60,532 nt of DNA, from positions 1 through 60,532 of IMG/VR virus record IMGVR_UViG_3300037440_000200. The stretch is one strand, 5' to 3'. The translations under genes and the position numbers were made by a program. Below are positions 39,654 to 47,834 of the stretch, piece after piece (positions within the stretch are counted from its first letter, which is position 1; each line of letters starts with the position of its first letter). The notes under the pieces are model-generated. The model did no database searches. It worked only from the letters and a program-made list of their open reading frames with translations, and had not been told where the DNA came from. The DNA comes from a virus (lineage: Duplodnaviria; Caudoviricetes).

Positions 39654-41381
39654 TTATCGCGCCATAGCGCCTTGCAGGAGCCGGTTCTGCTGATCCGGGG
39701 CCATCGCAGGGGCGGCCGGCATTTGCGGCATGGGGCGGCGCTGTGGGGCGCTCTGGCGTTCGACTTGCATGAGGAGCTGCTGAAGCTCAGCCATTTGCGC
39801 TTCGAAGTTCTCCGGCTGCTGCTGTTCCGGCTGACCTTGCATCGCGCTATCGGCCATTGGACTGCCGTCCGGCATGGTGTGCGTTCCGGGCTGCCCGCCG
39901 GGGCGATATGCGTTCTCATAGACGCGGGCGGGGTTCTTCTCCGGGACTTGCGCCATGTCGTAGGCTTCTTCCGGATACCCGCCGACGAATTGCGACACCG
40001 CAGGCATGTTGCGCGCTGTCCAGTTGCGAAGCTGAGCGGTTTCTTCCGGCGTGTAGTCCGTCATGTCTGCGCCCATTTGAGGGGCGAGCATGGGAGCGCC
40101 TGCGGAAAAGGCAGTCGTGACTGATTGGGGGATTGCCTGCAAGAGGCGATTAGCACCATAAGCAGTGCCGCCGGCAACGCCCGCGCTAGTCAGCGCCTGC
40201 TGATTGACGCCTCCAGATGGCGCACCCTGTCCATAAGCAAAATCGTCCTCCGGGCTGCCGGAATACAGGTTGTCTCGTGGCATTGGCTGCCGCGCGGCTT
40301 GACCCGTTGATGCTTGCGCTTCATCGGGTGACATCGCATAGGCCATCGTTGCCGCTGCAATTGGCGCAAAGGCTGGGCTTTTGAGAAGCTTGGTCGCCGC
40401 GCCGCCGCGGGGAGAAGATGAATTCCTTACTGCCTCCGAAACAGCGTCGCGCAATTGTGCGACATTCATGTTGCTGCGGCCGGGAATATTGTGCTTTCTG
40501 GCTTGCTCCATAAGGTCGCCGTATGATCCCGGCAACCTCGGGCGGGACTTCGGCGCTGCCTTTTGCGGCTCCGGTTTGGCTTCAACGGGTTTTGGCAGCG
40601 GTGCTTTTGCCCTGGCTTCGGACGCGTCTGTCCGCGTTGCCAGTTCCTTAGCGGCATTGATGCGAGCAAGAGCCTGCCCCATGCCTGGTTCGCGTGCCGG
40701 GAAGAAGAACCTGCGGCCGCCTTCAACGCCGATACCGGTTCCGCTCCCGAGCAGGAAGTTGGCAATTCGCTGGTTGGACTGCTGCTCGGTATCGGTCAAG
40801 CCCTCATCATTCGCCCGGTCCTGATAATTCTGATATTCGTTGAAAACCAGAGCGGCCGGAATGCCGTAGGAAGCGGCCCGTCCCATAACATTGCCGGCTT
40901 TCATGAGCCGATTGGTCGGAGCAAATCTCTCAGCCGCTTGAGCTGCGCCGAATGCCTTGGCCCGATTGGCTTGCGATGATGTCAGATCGCGCGTTGGGCC
41001 GATTTCGTCGCCGATTTCTTTCAGCGCCTCGACATTGCCGCGCTCGAACCGATCAAGCCCACGGTTGGCAAGCTCGCCATAAACGCCGCCAACGACTGCG
41101 CCCGCACCGAAGGGTGCAAATGTATCCCATACCGGATCGGCAGCCTCTTCGCGCTTCTCCTGCCTTGCAACGCCTTTGTCGGACTGTTCAGCCTGAAGCC
41201 TCTCCCGTTCGAGCTGGATTTCGGCATCGCTCTTTTGCGGTGTCATCTGCTGTTCAAGCACGATTGCCCGCTCTGTCGCCGGACCCATCTTGCCGTCAAT
41301 CTTGCCGGTGTACAAACCCTTCGCTTGCAGACGGGCCTGAATTTCTTTAATCTGCTCAGGATTCATGCTGATTGGAACCAT
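39654..41381 (-). CDS. Internal virion/ejection protein with N-terminal peptidoglycan-binding domain and Rho-N/HeH-like motif
   Basis: IKEIQARLQAKGLYTGKIDGKMGPATERAI; DLMEQARKHNIPGRSNMNVAQLRDAV; Ala/Gln/Gly-rich. Confidence 0.65.
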   Translation of the reverse strand: MVPISMNPEQIKEIQARLQAKGLYTGKIDGKMGPATERAIVLEQQMTPQKSDAEIQLERERLQAEQSDKGVARQEKREEAADPVWDTFAPFGAGAVVGGVYGELANRGLDRFERGNVEALKEIGDEIGPTRDLTSSQANRAKAFGAAQAAERFAPTNRLMKAGNVMGRAASYGIPAALVFNEYQNYQDRANDEGLTDTEQQSNQRIANFLLGSGTGIGVEGGRRFFFPAREPGMGQALARINAAKELATRTDASEARAKAPLPKPVEAKPEPQKAAPKSRPRLPGSYGDLMEQARKHNIPGRSNMNVAQLRDAVSEAVRNSSSPRGGAATKLLKSPAFAPIAAATMAYAMSPDEAQASTGQAARQPMPRDNLYSGSPEDDFAYGQGAPSGGVNQQALTSAGVAGGTAYGANRLLQAIPQSVTTAFSAGAPMLAPQMGADMTDYTPEETAQLRNWTARNMPAVSQFVGGYPEEAYDMAQVPEKNPARVYENAYRPGGQPGTHTMPDGSPMADSAMQGQPEQQQPENFEAQMAELQQLLMQVERQSAPQRRPMPQMPAAPAMAPDQQNRLLQGAMAR

Positions 41382-41560
41382 GTGTTATGGATGAAATCGT
41401 TTATTCGGAAACGCGCCCCGGCGTCATGGAGACTGATCGCGATATTCGCGCCCGCGAAGACCGCATCTATCGCCGCTGGGATAAGGCCGGGCCTTGGATT
41501 CTTCCGGCGGGATTCTTTGTCATGATCGCCATCACCGCAATTGCGGATGTGCTCAAGTGA
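41372..41560 (+). CDS. Small membrane protein (antisense moron 1)
   Basis: C-terminal TM WILPAGFFVMIAITAIA. Confidence 0.5.
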   Translation: MEPCVMDEIVYSETRPGVMETDRDIRAREDRIYRRWDKAGPWILPAGFFVMIAITAIADVLK

Positions 41561-41703
41561 GCTTGGCAATCACGCTCCTACGCATCTACGCAATGAGCGT
41601 AATCGGGGCGCTGGTCTAGCGTGATCGATCCAGACGCACCATATCTGGATCATCTGGAGATTTTCGTTCTCTACGTTCTGCCGCTCATGATCGCGATATT
41701 GAG

Positions 41704-41901
41704 ATGAAACAGGAATTTGAAGACATATACGGCCATAGAGCCTATTACGCGAAAGTCGAGGAGACCCGGATAAAGGTCAGAGACGATGAACTTCGTCAGA
41801 TTGCCCTGAAAAGGGAAAGATCCGAGGACTTCTGGAACGGCATTGGCGGCTGTTTCGTCATCACAACATTGATAGTTGTCATCAGCTATCTCTCCGCCTG
41901 A
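41704..41901 (+). CDS. Small membrane protein (antisense moron 4)
   Basis: C-terminal TM IGGCFVITTLIVVISYL. Confidence 0.55.
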   Translation: MKQEFEDIYGHRAYYAKVEETRIKVRDDELRQIALKRERSEDFWNGIGGCFVITTLIVVISYLSA

Positions 41902-44177
41902 TCCTCTCCTGCAGCGGCAACCGTTCCGATATCCGTTGCTGGCCTGCGACCAACCTTTGCAAATTCACGGATTGCGGCAACATACGCTTGGCGCTGGGCC
42001 GAAGTCCTAGCTTCAGCCGCAAGCCTGCGCAACATTGGAAGCATTTGCGCCGGGTCTGTCGTCGTCAGAATCCGTACCCGTTCGCGAGCCGCACGCTGGC
42101 CGATCTGCCGGGCAAGGCGCGTTGAAAGGTCTTCCAGAACCTTGCCAAAACGTCCTGTAGCCAGGTTTGCGGCCGCGCGCGGGCCTTCCATGAGTTCTGC
42201 CATGTCGTCTTGCAACGGAGCTGTGCGGGAACCAGACAACACATCCCGCGTGGTGTTGGTCGTGATGTTCTCGCGGCGTAGATTGCGAATGAGGCTTTGT
42301 CCGCGATCATAAACCTGCTGCTCAATGGTTCGTTGCGGGCCTCTCGGCGAGCGCGGGCGCGGGTATAGCGATTCAACGATACGCTCGAAACCCTCAGAGC
42401 CAAACTGATCAGCGGCGGCGCGCCCCTGCCGGACGTTGAGCGCATCATCCATCAGCTTTCTTTCGAAGCCGACACGCATCAACTCTTGCTGCGTTGGCGT
42501 CATGTCGCGGAAGTCTCGAAGCGCCTGCCGTGTCTGTGGTGTCAGCCGCTTGCCTATCTCCACCCCGCGATTGAGAATTCTCTCAGTCGTGCGGTTTTCG
42601 GAGAACCTCGCGTCAGCATCGCGAAGCTGCGTGTTGTTGCGGCGAGCAGCATTGTTCAAATCAGTGCGGAACTGCGTCAGCTCGCGCGTAAGCGGCGTTG
42701 CCCGACCGTCCTGCATGGATCGTGCAATCATCTGATCGAGTTCCTGCCTGCGTTCAAGGAACGTCGGCACATCATCGATCACATCCATCGCGCGAGTGTA
42801 GCGCATGCCGCTCTGACCGCTCTGGACCATGCCGCCACGGAAAAACATATCAACGGCCTTGTTGATCCCGCTGTTGATCTCGCCGCCTTCCTGCGGTCGT
42901 CTCGCGCGCCAACGCCGAATGACAGGCAGAACGTTCACCGGCTGGGAATTCTGCCTTGCCAAATTGTATGCGGTCTGCTCTTCCTGCCGTGCAATAGTTG
43001 ACAAGCGTTCGACTTCATCATCGAAGTTCCGGCCTTGCACGCCTGATTGCTCGATGATGCCCGCAGTGCGGCCCGGCTGCTCACGCTGGCGACCAATCAG
43101 CCTCTCGGCCGCAATAGGATCATCAGCGATGGCCATATCGGCGCGCGCCTGATTTGAGAGCGGCATCGCGCCGCCGGAGCCGAGGTCTTCCTTGGCAATG
43201 TCGATGATGTTTCGGGGCGTCGGATTTGCTTCCTGCCACGTGCGGACGTAGTTACGTACCGTGGCAGGGTTTAGACCGTAATCGCGAGCGATAGTGGCGA
43301 CAGGTTCCCCGCGCATGCTCCTGCTGACGATCTCCGCCATGTCGTCTGCGCTGAACGGCGTGCCCGCTGGCGTCATTCGTCCCTGAAGCTGCGTGCTCGG
43401 CTGCGGGGCCACGTCCTGAAACGCGCGTTGCAAATCGAAATCCGCCTTGACGGACTGATCTGCAACGTCTTGATAAGCTGCCTGCTCTGGATTGCGAGCA
43501 CGCTGGATCTGCCTGTTTGCAAAGCGTCCTGCGTCGCGCGTTCCGCTTACAAAGCGTCCGGTCATGTTCAGAGCATTCGGAGCCGCAAACCCGCCAATCA
43601 GACCGAGGCCGACTTCCGCGACCGGCCCCCATTCCTGATCTCGGGCGATGCCAACGCCGCCGCCTGCTCCCGTTGTCGAGGCTGTCTCAATAGCTGCGGC
43701 TTGACCGGGACGCTGCGCAATGCTGTTAAGCAGGCGGTTGCTTGCTGCGCCCGGCAAGCGGCTGGCAACGTTCATAGCGCCAAACGGCAGCACAGAGCCG
43801 CCAGTAACTTCGCCAACGGCTTCCGTAAAACGGCCCGCGCGTGTTTCCGGCGGCGCAACGTTCGCGCGTCTGGCAAGGTTGAGTTCCGGGATAAGCTCGC
43901 CTTCGTAGCCTAGCAACCGCGCGCCCTCGTTGATCGGAACGCGAATAGGCGAGCCGATCACGTTCAGCATGGCGTCAATGCCGGTGTTCGCGCCGTGGCC
44001 GAAGCCCTTGGCCATATCAACGGCAACGTCTGGTCCTGGACCCGGCTTGAACGCCTTCACCGCATCAAGCGTTGCGCCTTCTCCGCCGATATAAGCGTCG
44101 ATCTCAGCTTCCGGCGCACCCTGATCAACCATCTTGCCGACATTGCGCTTGATGCGGCCGAGGTCAAGTTCTGCCAT
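41886..44177 (-). CDS. Large ejection / DNA-transfer protein (P22 gp16-like position)
   Basis: 763 aa, Ala/Arg/Gly-rich helical; MVDQGAPEAEIDAYI N-terminus; position. Confidence 0.65.
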   Translation of the reverse strand: MAELDLGRIKRNVGKMVDQGAPEAEIDAYIGGEGATLDAVKAFKPGPGPDVAVDMAKGFGHGANTGIDAMLNVIGSPIRVPINEGARLLGYEGELIPELNLARRANVAPPETRAGRFTEAVGEVTGGSVLPFGAMNVASRLPGAASNRLLNSIAQRPGQAAAIETASTTGAGGGVGIARDQEWGPVAEVGLGLIGGFAAPNALNMTGRFVSGTRDAGRFANRQIQRARNPEQAAYQDVADQSVKADFDLQRAFQDVAPQPSTQLQGRMTPAGTPFSADDMAEIVSRSMRGEPVATIARDYGLNPATVRNYVRTWQEANPTPRNIIDIAKEDLGSGGAMPLSNQARADMAIADDPIAAERLIGRQREQPGRTAGIIEQSGVQGRNFDDEVERLSTIARQEEQTAYNLARQNSQPVNVLPVIRRWRARRPQEGGEINSGINKAVDMFFRGGMVQSGQSGMRYTRAMDVIDDVPTFLERRQELDQMIARSMQDGRATPLTRELTQFRTDLNNAARRNNTQLRDADARFSENRTTERILNRGVEIGKRLTPQTRQALRDFRDMTPTQQELMRVGFERKLMDDALNVRQGRAAADQFGSEGFERIVESLYPRPRSPRGPQRTIEQQVYDRGQSLIRNLRRENITTNTTRDVLSGSRTAPLQDDMAELMEGPRAAANLATGRFGKVLEDLSTRLARQIGQRAARERVRILTTTDPAQMLPMLRRLAAEARTSAQRQAYVAAIREFAKVGRRPATDIGTVAAAGEDQAER

Positions 44178-45592
44178 TATTCAAGCCCGTATTTCTGCTT
44201 GAGTGCATCGACGTTTCCGCCGGCTGGAGGAGGAGGCGCACCTTGCGGAGAATACCCCGGCTGGAAATATTCACCGGAGCGGATGCCAGACGCCTTCTGA
44301 CTATTGAATTCCAAGCGTCTTTGCGCTGCCGTCTTTGCAGCCTCATAAATCCTCTTGCGGACTTCGGGGGATTTGTTGACACTCCCCTGTACCTGAAGGA
44401 GGATCTGCCGCTCGCCCTCGGTCGGCATCCCGCCGAAGGTCGCCTTCAGGTTTTCAAGAACTTGCTGCGTGACGACATTCTGCAATTGCTCTGTCGCCTC
44501 GCCGCCTTCTGCGCCAGTCAGGCTGGTAAGATAGCCCCTTGTTTCAGCTCCAATCCCGGAATAGGCTTTATCGTTGAGTTCGAGCGCCGTGTCCAAGGCC
44601 GTCATCACATTGCTTGAAGCCTGAGCGCCTTCGTCAGCTTCGAAGATTTCCCGCATGGTCGTTGCGTTCATCGGAGCGCCCGGCTTCGGTGATGCAACGT
44701 AAATCTCTTCACCAGTTGTTGGATCAACGAGTGTTTGCCCTGGCGATACCGTCTTAGGGGATTCGGGTTTTGGCTCTGCCGTGAAGACTGGCCGACCTGT
44801 TGCTGGATCATAAAGAATCTGACCAGGGGAAACGGATTGGAGTGCCTGAGGTTTATCTGGCGCTGAGTAAATCTCTCGGCCTGTGACTGGATCTATGATC
44901 CTCTGACCCGGCGAAACCGTAGTCGGGCGATCTATCTTGGGTACAGGTTCGCGAATAACCTCCATCCCTGAAGACCCGGCACGATAGATCCCCTGATCTG
45001 AGCCGAACGTCTTGTACTCGCTCGCCTTCGGTTCGGTCATCCCCCGCGCTTCCGCTATGATCATATCATAAGTCGCATCGGGATTATTCGCGTCAAAGCC
45101 GTAGCTCTCCAGCAGTTGCTTCATCCGTGGATTGGCATTAAAGAACGTCTGTGTCATCATCGCCTTGCGCTGCGGGTCCGGCTCGTTGCGGATCATCTGG
45201 GCGACGCCTGCGACGCGGCCTGTCAGCTTCGTCTGGATGTCATCTCGCGTCGACTGCACATTCAGCCCGTGCAATTCCTGCGAGCGCGCATCTGCTCCGG
45301 CCGCTCTGCGGTCCTGCGTCATGAGCCGGTTGCGGTTGAAGTCCCGGTCCTCATCGGACTGTTCGACACCAGCAAGCTGCGTTCCCAGCGATATATTGCC
45401 TTGCGCGAATGCCGCGTCTGCGCCGTCGCCATACCCGCCGGATTGTATCGCGGAGCCGATCTGCTTGGACTGATCGAGCAGGCGGTTTTTCTCGAATTTC
45501 TGCCCTAGCGCGTCAATGCCTTGGTTGACCCCGCTGAAATCGAGCGGGCCAGGTGTGCGGAAATCTGGAAGTCGGACGTATCCGGTGGCCAC
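44177..45592 (-). CDS. Ejection protein (P22 gp20-like position) with internal repeats
   Basis: Three VSPGQ..DP.TG repeats; LKATFGGMPTEGERQIL motif. Confidence 0.65.
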   Translation of the reverse strand: MATGYVRLPDFRTPGPLDFSGVNQGIDALGQKFEKNRLLDQSKQIGSAIQSGGYGDGADAAFAQGNISLGTQLAGVEQSDEDRDFNRNRLMTQDRRAAGADARSQELHGLNVQSTRDDIQTKLTGRVAGVAQMIRNEPDPQRKAMMTQTFFNANPRMKQLLESYGFDANNPDATYDMIIAEARGMTEPKASEYKTFGSDQGIYRAGSSGMEVIREPVPKIDRPTTVSPGQRIIDPVTGREIYSAPDKPQALQSVSPGQILYDPATGRPVFTAEPKPESPKTVSPGQTLVDPTTGEEIYVASPKPGAPMNATTMREIFEADEGAQASSNVMTALDTALELNDKAYSGIGAETRGYLTSLTGAEGGEATEQLQNVVTQQVLENLKATFGGMPTEGERQILLQVQGSVNKSPEVRKRIYEAAKTAAQRRLEFNSQKASGIRSGEYFQPGYSPQGAPPPPAGGNVDALKQKYGLE

Positions 45593-45598
45593 TGTATC

Positions 45599-46396
45599 TT
45601 ATCCAATCTGAGAATAATCGACCATTGCGAAGCCGTCCGCATCATGCGAGATTGCTTCGGGGAAAACGCGTTCTGCCTCATGAGCCATCACGCCGATGTG
45701 ACGCTCTGGCCCCCAGATGTACGAGAATTCGTAAGTGGGTAGGCCAGACGGTAGAGTGCCGACGCGCTCAATATCACGTTTGAGACGAATATCGGAAGAG
45801 GCTGGAATTGCCGCCGCTGCCTTAGCCGCCGAGCCTGCGAGATTGAGCAAATTGTTAATGCCCATTGATCGACTTTCCGCCATCGCGTTGCCGAAGCTTG
45901 TTTCCTGCCCCGCCTTCGTGGCTCCATAGCCATACCTGAGATCGCCCTGTCCGGTGCGTATCGCCGCCTGCTGACCGGCATACTGGCCGCCCTGCTGGCC
46001 TTGGCCCGAAAGCCGGTTCAGCCATCCCTCATATCCTTCAAGCCCGACACGAGCGCCTGCAAGAGCCGCCTTGCCGCCATAGGTATTGCCTCGCGCGTTC
46101 AACTGGCGTAGAAGCCGGTTCGACGATTGATCGAGAATCGCCGACATGGCAGGGTCCGAGAAATATCTGCCCTGTGCAGCCGATCGCTGTTCGTCCGTCC
46201 CCAGCCCGATCGCATGGCCGTACATCTCGTTCGCCTGCTGACCCTGTTCTGCATAGGGCGTGAACAGGTCAAAGGCTTCATTGTAAAACGGCTGTGCTTC
46301 GTCGTATCCGGCGTCCAGCTCCTTGTCAGAAGCCGCCTTCGCGTTGCGGAGATCCTTGCGCGCGGAGCCGCCAAAAAAGTCTGAGAAAAAGCCCAA
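45599..46396 (-). CDS. Pilot / DNA-transfer protein (gp7-like) with C-terminal S74-like chaperone domain
   Basis: MGFFSDFFGG start, Gly/Gln/Ala-rich body, SDIRLKRDIERVG..GVMAHE..VDYS tail. Confidence 0.7.
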   Translation of the reverse strand: MGFFSDFFGGSARKDLRNAKAASDKELDAGYDEAQPFYNEAFDLFTPYAEQGQQANEMYGHAIGLGTDEQRSAAQGRYFSDPAMSAILDQSSNRLLRQLNARGNTYGGKAALAGARVGLEGYEGWLNRLSGQGQQGGQYAGQQAAIRTGQGDLRYGYGATKAGQETSFGNAMAESRSMGINNLLNLAGSAAKAAAAIPASSDIRLKRDIERVGTLPSGLPTYEFSYIWGPERHIGVMAHEAERVFPEAISHDADGFAMVDYSQIG

Positions 46397-46405
46397 TTCG
46401 GCCTC

Positions 46406-46573
46406 CTACGGATTAAGGTCTGTGGTGTTCTGGTTTAGCTGTTTCACGAGCAACAGAAGCTGACGATACCAGTCCGGCGATAGCGTGATTTTGACTTCTT
46501 GCTCTTCGCCGTTGACGTTGATTTTCGCGGTCCCTATCGGGATGTTCGCGGAAGGGAGAGAGATTTGCGCCAT
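46406..46573 (-). CDS. 55-aa virion protein (below ORF-track cutoff)
   Basis: Manually translated MAQISLPSANIPIGTAKINVNGEEQEVKITLSPDWYRQLLLLVKQLNQNTTDLNP; fills the gap. Confidence 0.6.
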   Translation of the reverse strand: MAQISLPSANIPIGTAKINVNGEEQEVKITLSPDWYRQLLLLVKQLNQNTTDLNP

Positions 46574-46577
46574 TGGC

Positions 46578-47834
46578 CTATCTGAACCTTACGATCTGCT
46601 GGTCGTCTGGAACGTCCTGCGTTTCCCACGGGGGAGTGGCGCGGCGCTCGGCGGCGTTCATGTTCATGCGGGACTGGACGTTGCGGGCCTCTGTCTCGCC
46701 TGCATGATGCCGGTAAGCAAGTTCCGGGTTCTCTTTCATCGTCAGGTCAAGACGAAGGCGCGGAATCCGGTCAGGATCATTCTTCGCTATTGCAATAGCC
46801 GCTGTATGCCACTCCTTGCCTGCGATCGGCGGAACATATTTCAGAGCCTCATCAATTGAACCGAATTCCTTTGCTGCCTTAAGCAGAAACTCAGCCTGTT
46901 CTACAACTTCAGGGTCTGGCGCATAACCGGCGATCGTCGCACTCTTTGGATCGCTGCCACGTGCAAAGCCTTCCCGACCTTGCACAAGATGCTGAAGCTC
47001 ATGAAGCGCGTATGAACGCCCATCATTAGCATTCATATCGTTTGCTAGAGCCATTGACCCCCTTGAATGCGTTACGCCACCCATAACATTTTCACCGAAG
47101 GCCCCCCTTGGGAAAAACATCAGCGGCGCTTCGCCCACATCCGAGTATGCTCGGTACAAATCATCATGCCCTACGGCAAAGTCCACTTGGGCATTATCAA
47201 ATGATGGATCATATGGTCTTCCGTCGAATTCTGCCGCCTCTTTCAATTCTGGATACGCATCGGTATCATAATATGATTTGCTATCATCGATCTCGAACTT
47301 CCACTTGCCGTCAACGCCTTGCATCCATCCGGTATCGCGCCAGATGTCATCACGTGACGCGCCTTGCGTCGCCATTTCCTGAGCTTGCGAGAGCGCCTGC
47401 TGATCCGCAGTTTTCGCTGTTGGCCCTGCAAAGATCATCGTCGTATTTGCCGGATCGCTCGGATACACAGAGTCAAGCAGCCGGTTAAAGCCTGTCGGCA
47501 AATTCCTGTCCATCCATGCAGCACCGCGTTTCGTGCCTCTGGCGACGATGCCAGCGCCGGGGATTGCGCCGAGGAGGCCGGTTCCCATGTTGAGGTACTC
47601 AGAAGCAGCGTCGCCGTAATTGCCCTGCAGCAGCGCGTTGCCGCCGCGTCCGGACGCGTCCCAAGCGTCGCGTGCCGCCATAGCTTCCCCGGAGACCGGA
47701 GCCATCCCGAGGCCGAATTCAGCGAACGGGATCAGATTGCGCCACGTTGCTTCCGGTGATATGCCCTGACCGTAGGCAAAATCGTCCTCCGGGCTGACCC
47801 TTTGGCTTCTCAGGAGCCGGTTCTGTTCACTCAC
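46578..47834 (-). CDS. LPD23-domain protein with zincin-like HExxH motif
   Basis: IWRDTGW..GVDGKWKFEIDD, LHELQHLVQGREGFARG, Y..HAGETEARNVQSR. Confidence 0.75.
   Translation of the reverse strand: MSEQNRLLRSQRVSPEDDFAYGQGISPEATWRNLIPFAEFGLGMAPVSGEAMAARDAWDASGRGGNALLQGNYGDAASEYLNMGTGLLGAIPGAGIVARGTKRGAAWMDRNLPTGFNRLLDSVYPSDPANTTMIFAGPTAKTADQQALSQAQEMATQGASRDDIWRDTGWMQGVDGKWKFEIDDSKSYYDTDAYPELKEAAEFDGRPYDPSFDNAQVDFAVGHDDLYRAYSDVGEAPLMFFPRGAFGENVMGGVTHSRGSMALANDMNANDGRSYALHELQHLVQGREGFARGSDPKSATIAGYAPDPEVVEQAEFLLKAAKEFGSIDEALKYVPPIAGKEWHTAAIAIAKNDPDRIPRLRLDLTMKENPELAYRHHAGETEARNVQSRMNMNAAERRATPPWETQDVPDDQQIVRFR

Noticed and set aside
39623-39919. N-terminal extension of the 649-aa tail ORF
   Set aside because: Overlaps the upstream gene; the ATG at 39622 has an AAGG RBS and gives a typical N-terminus
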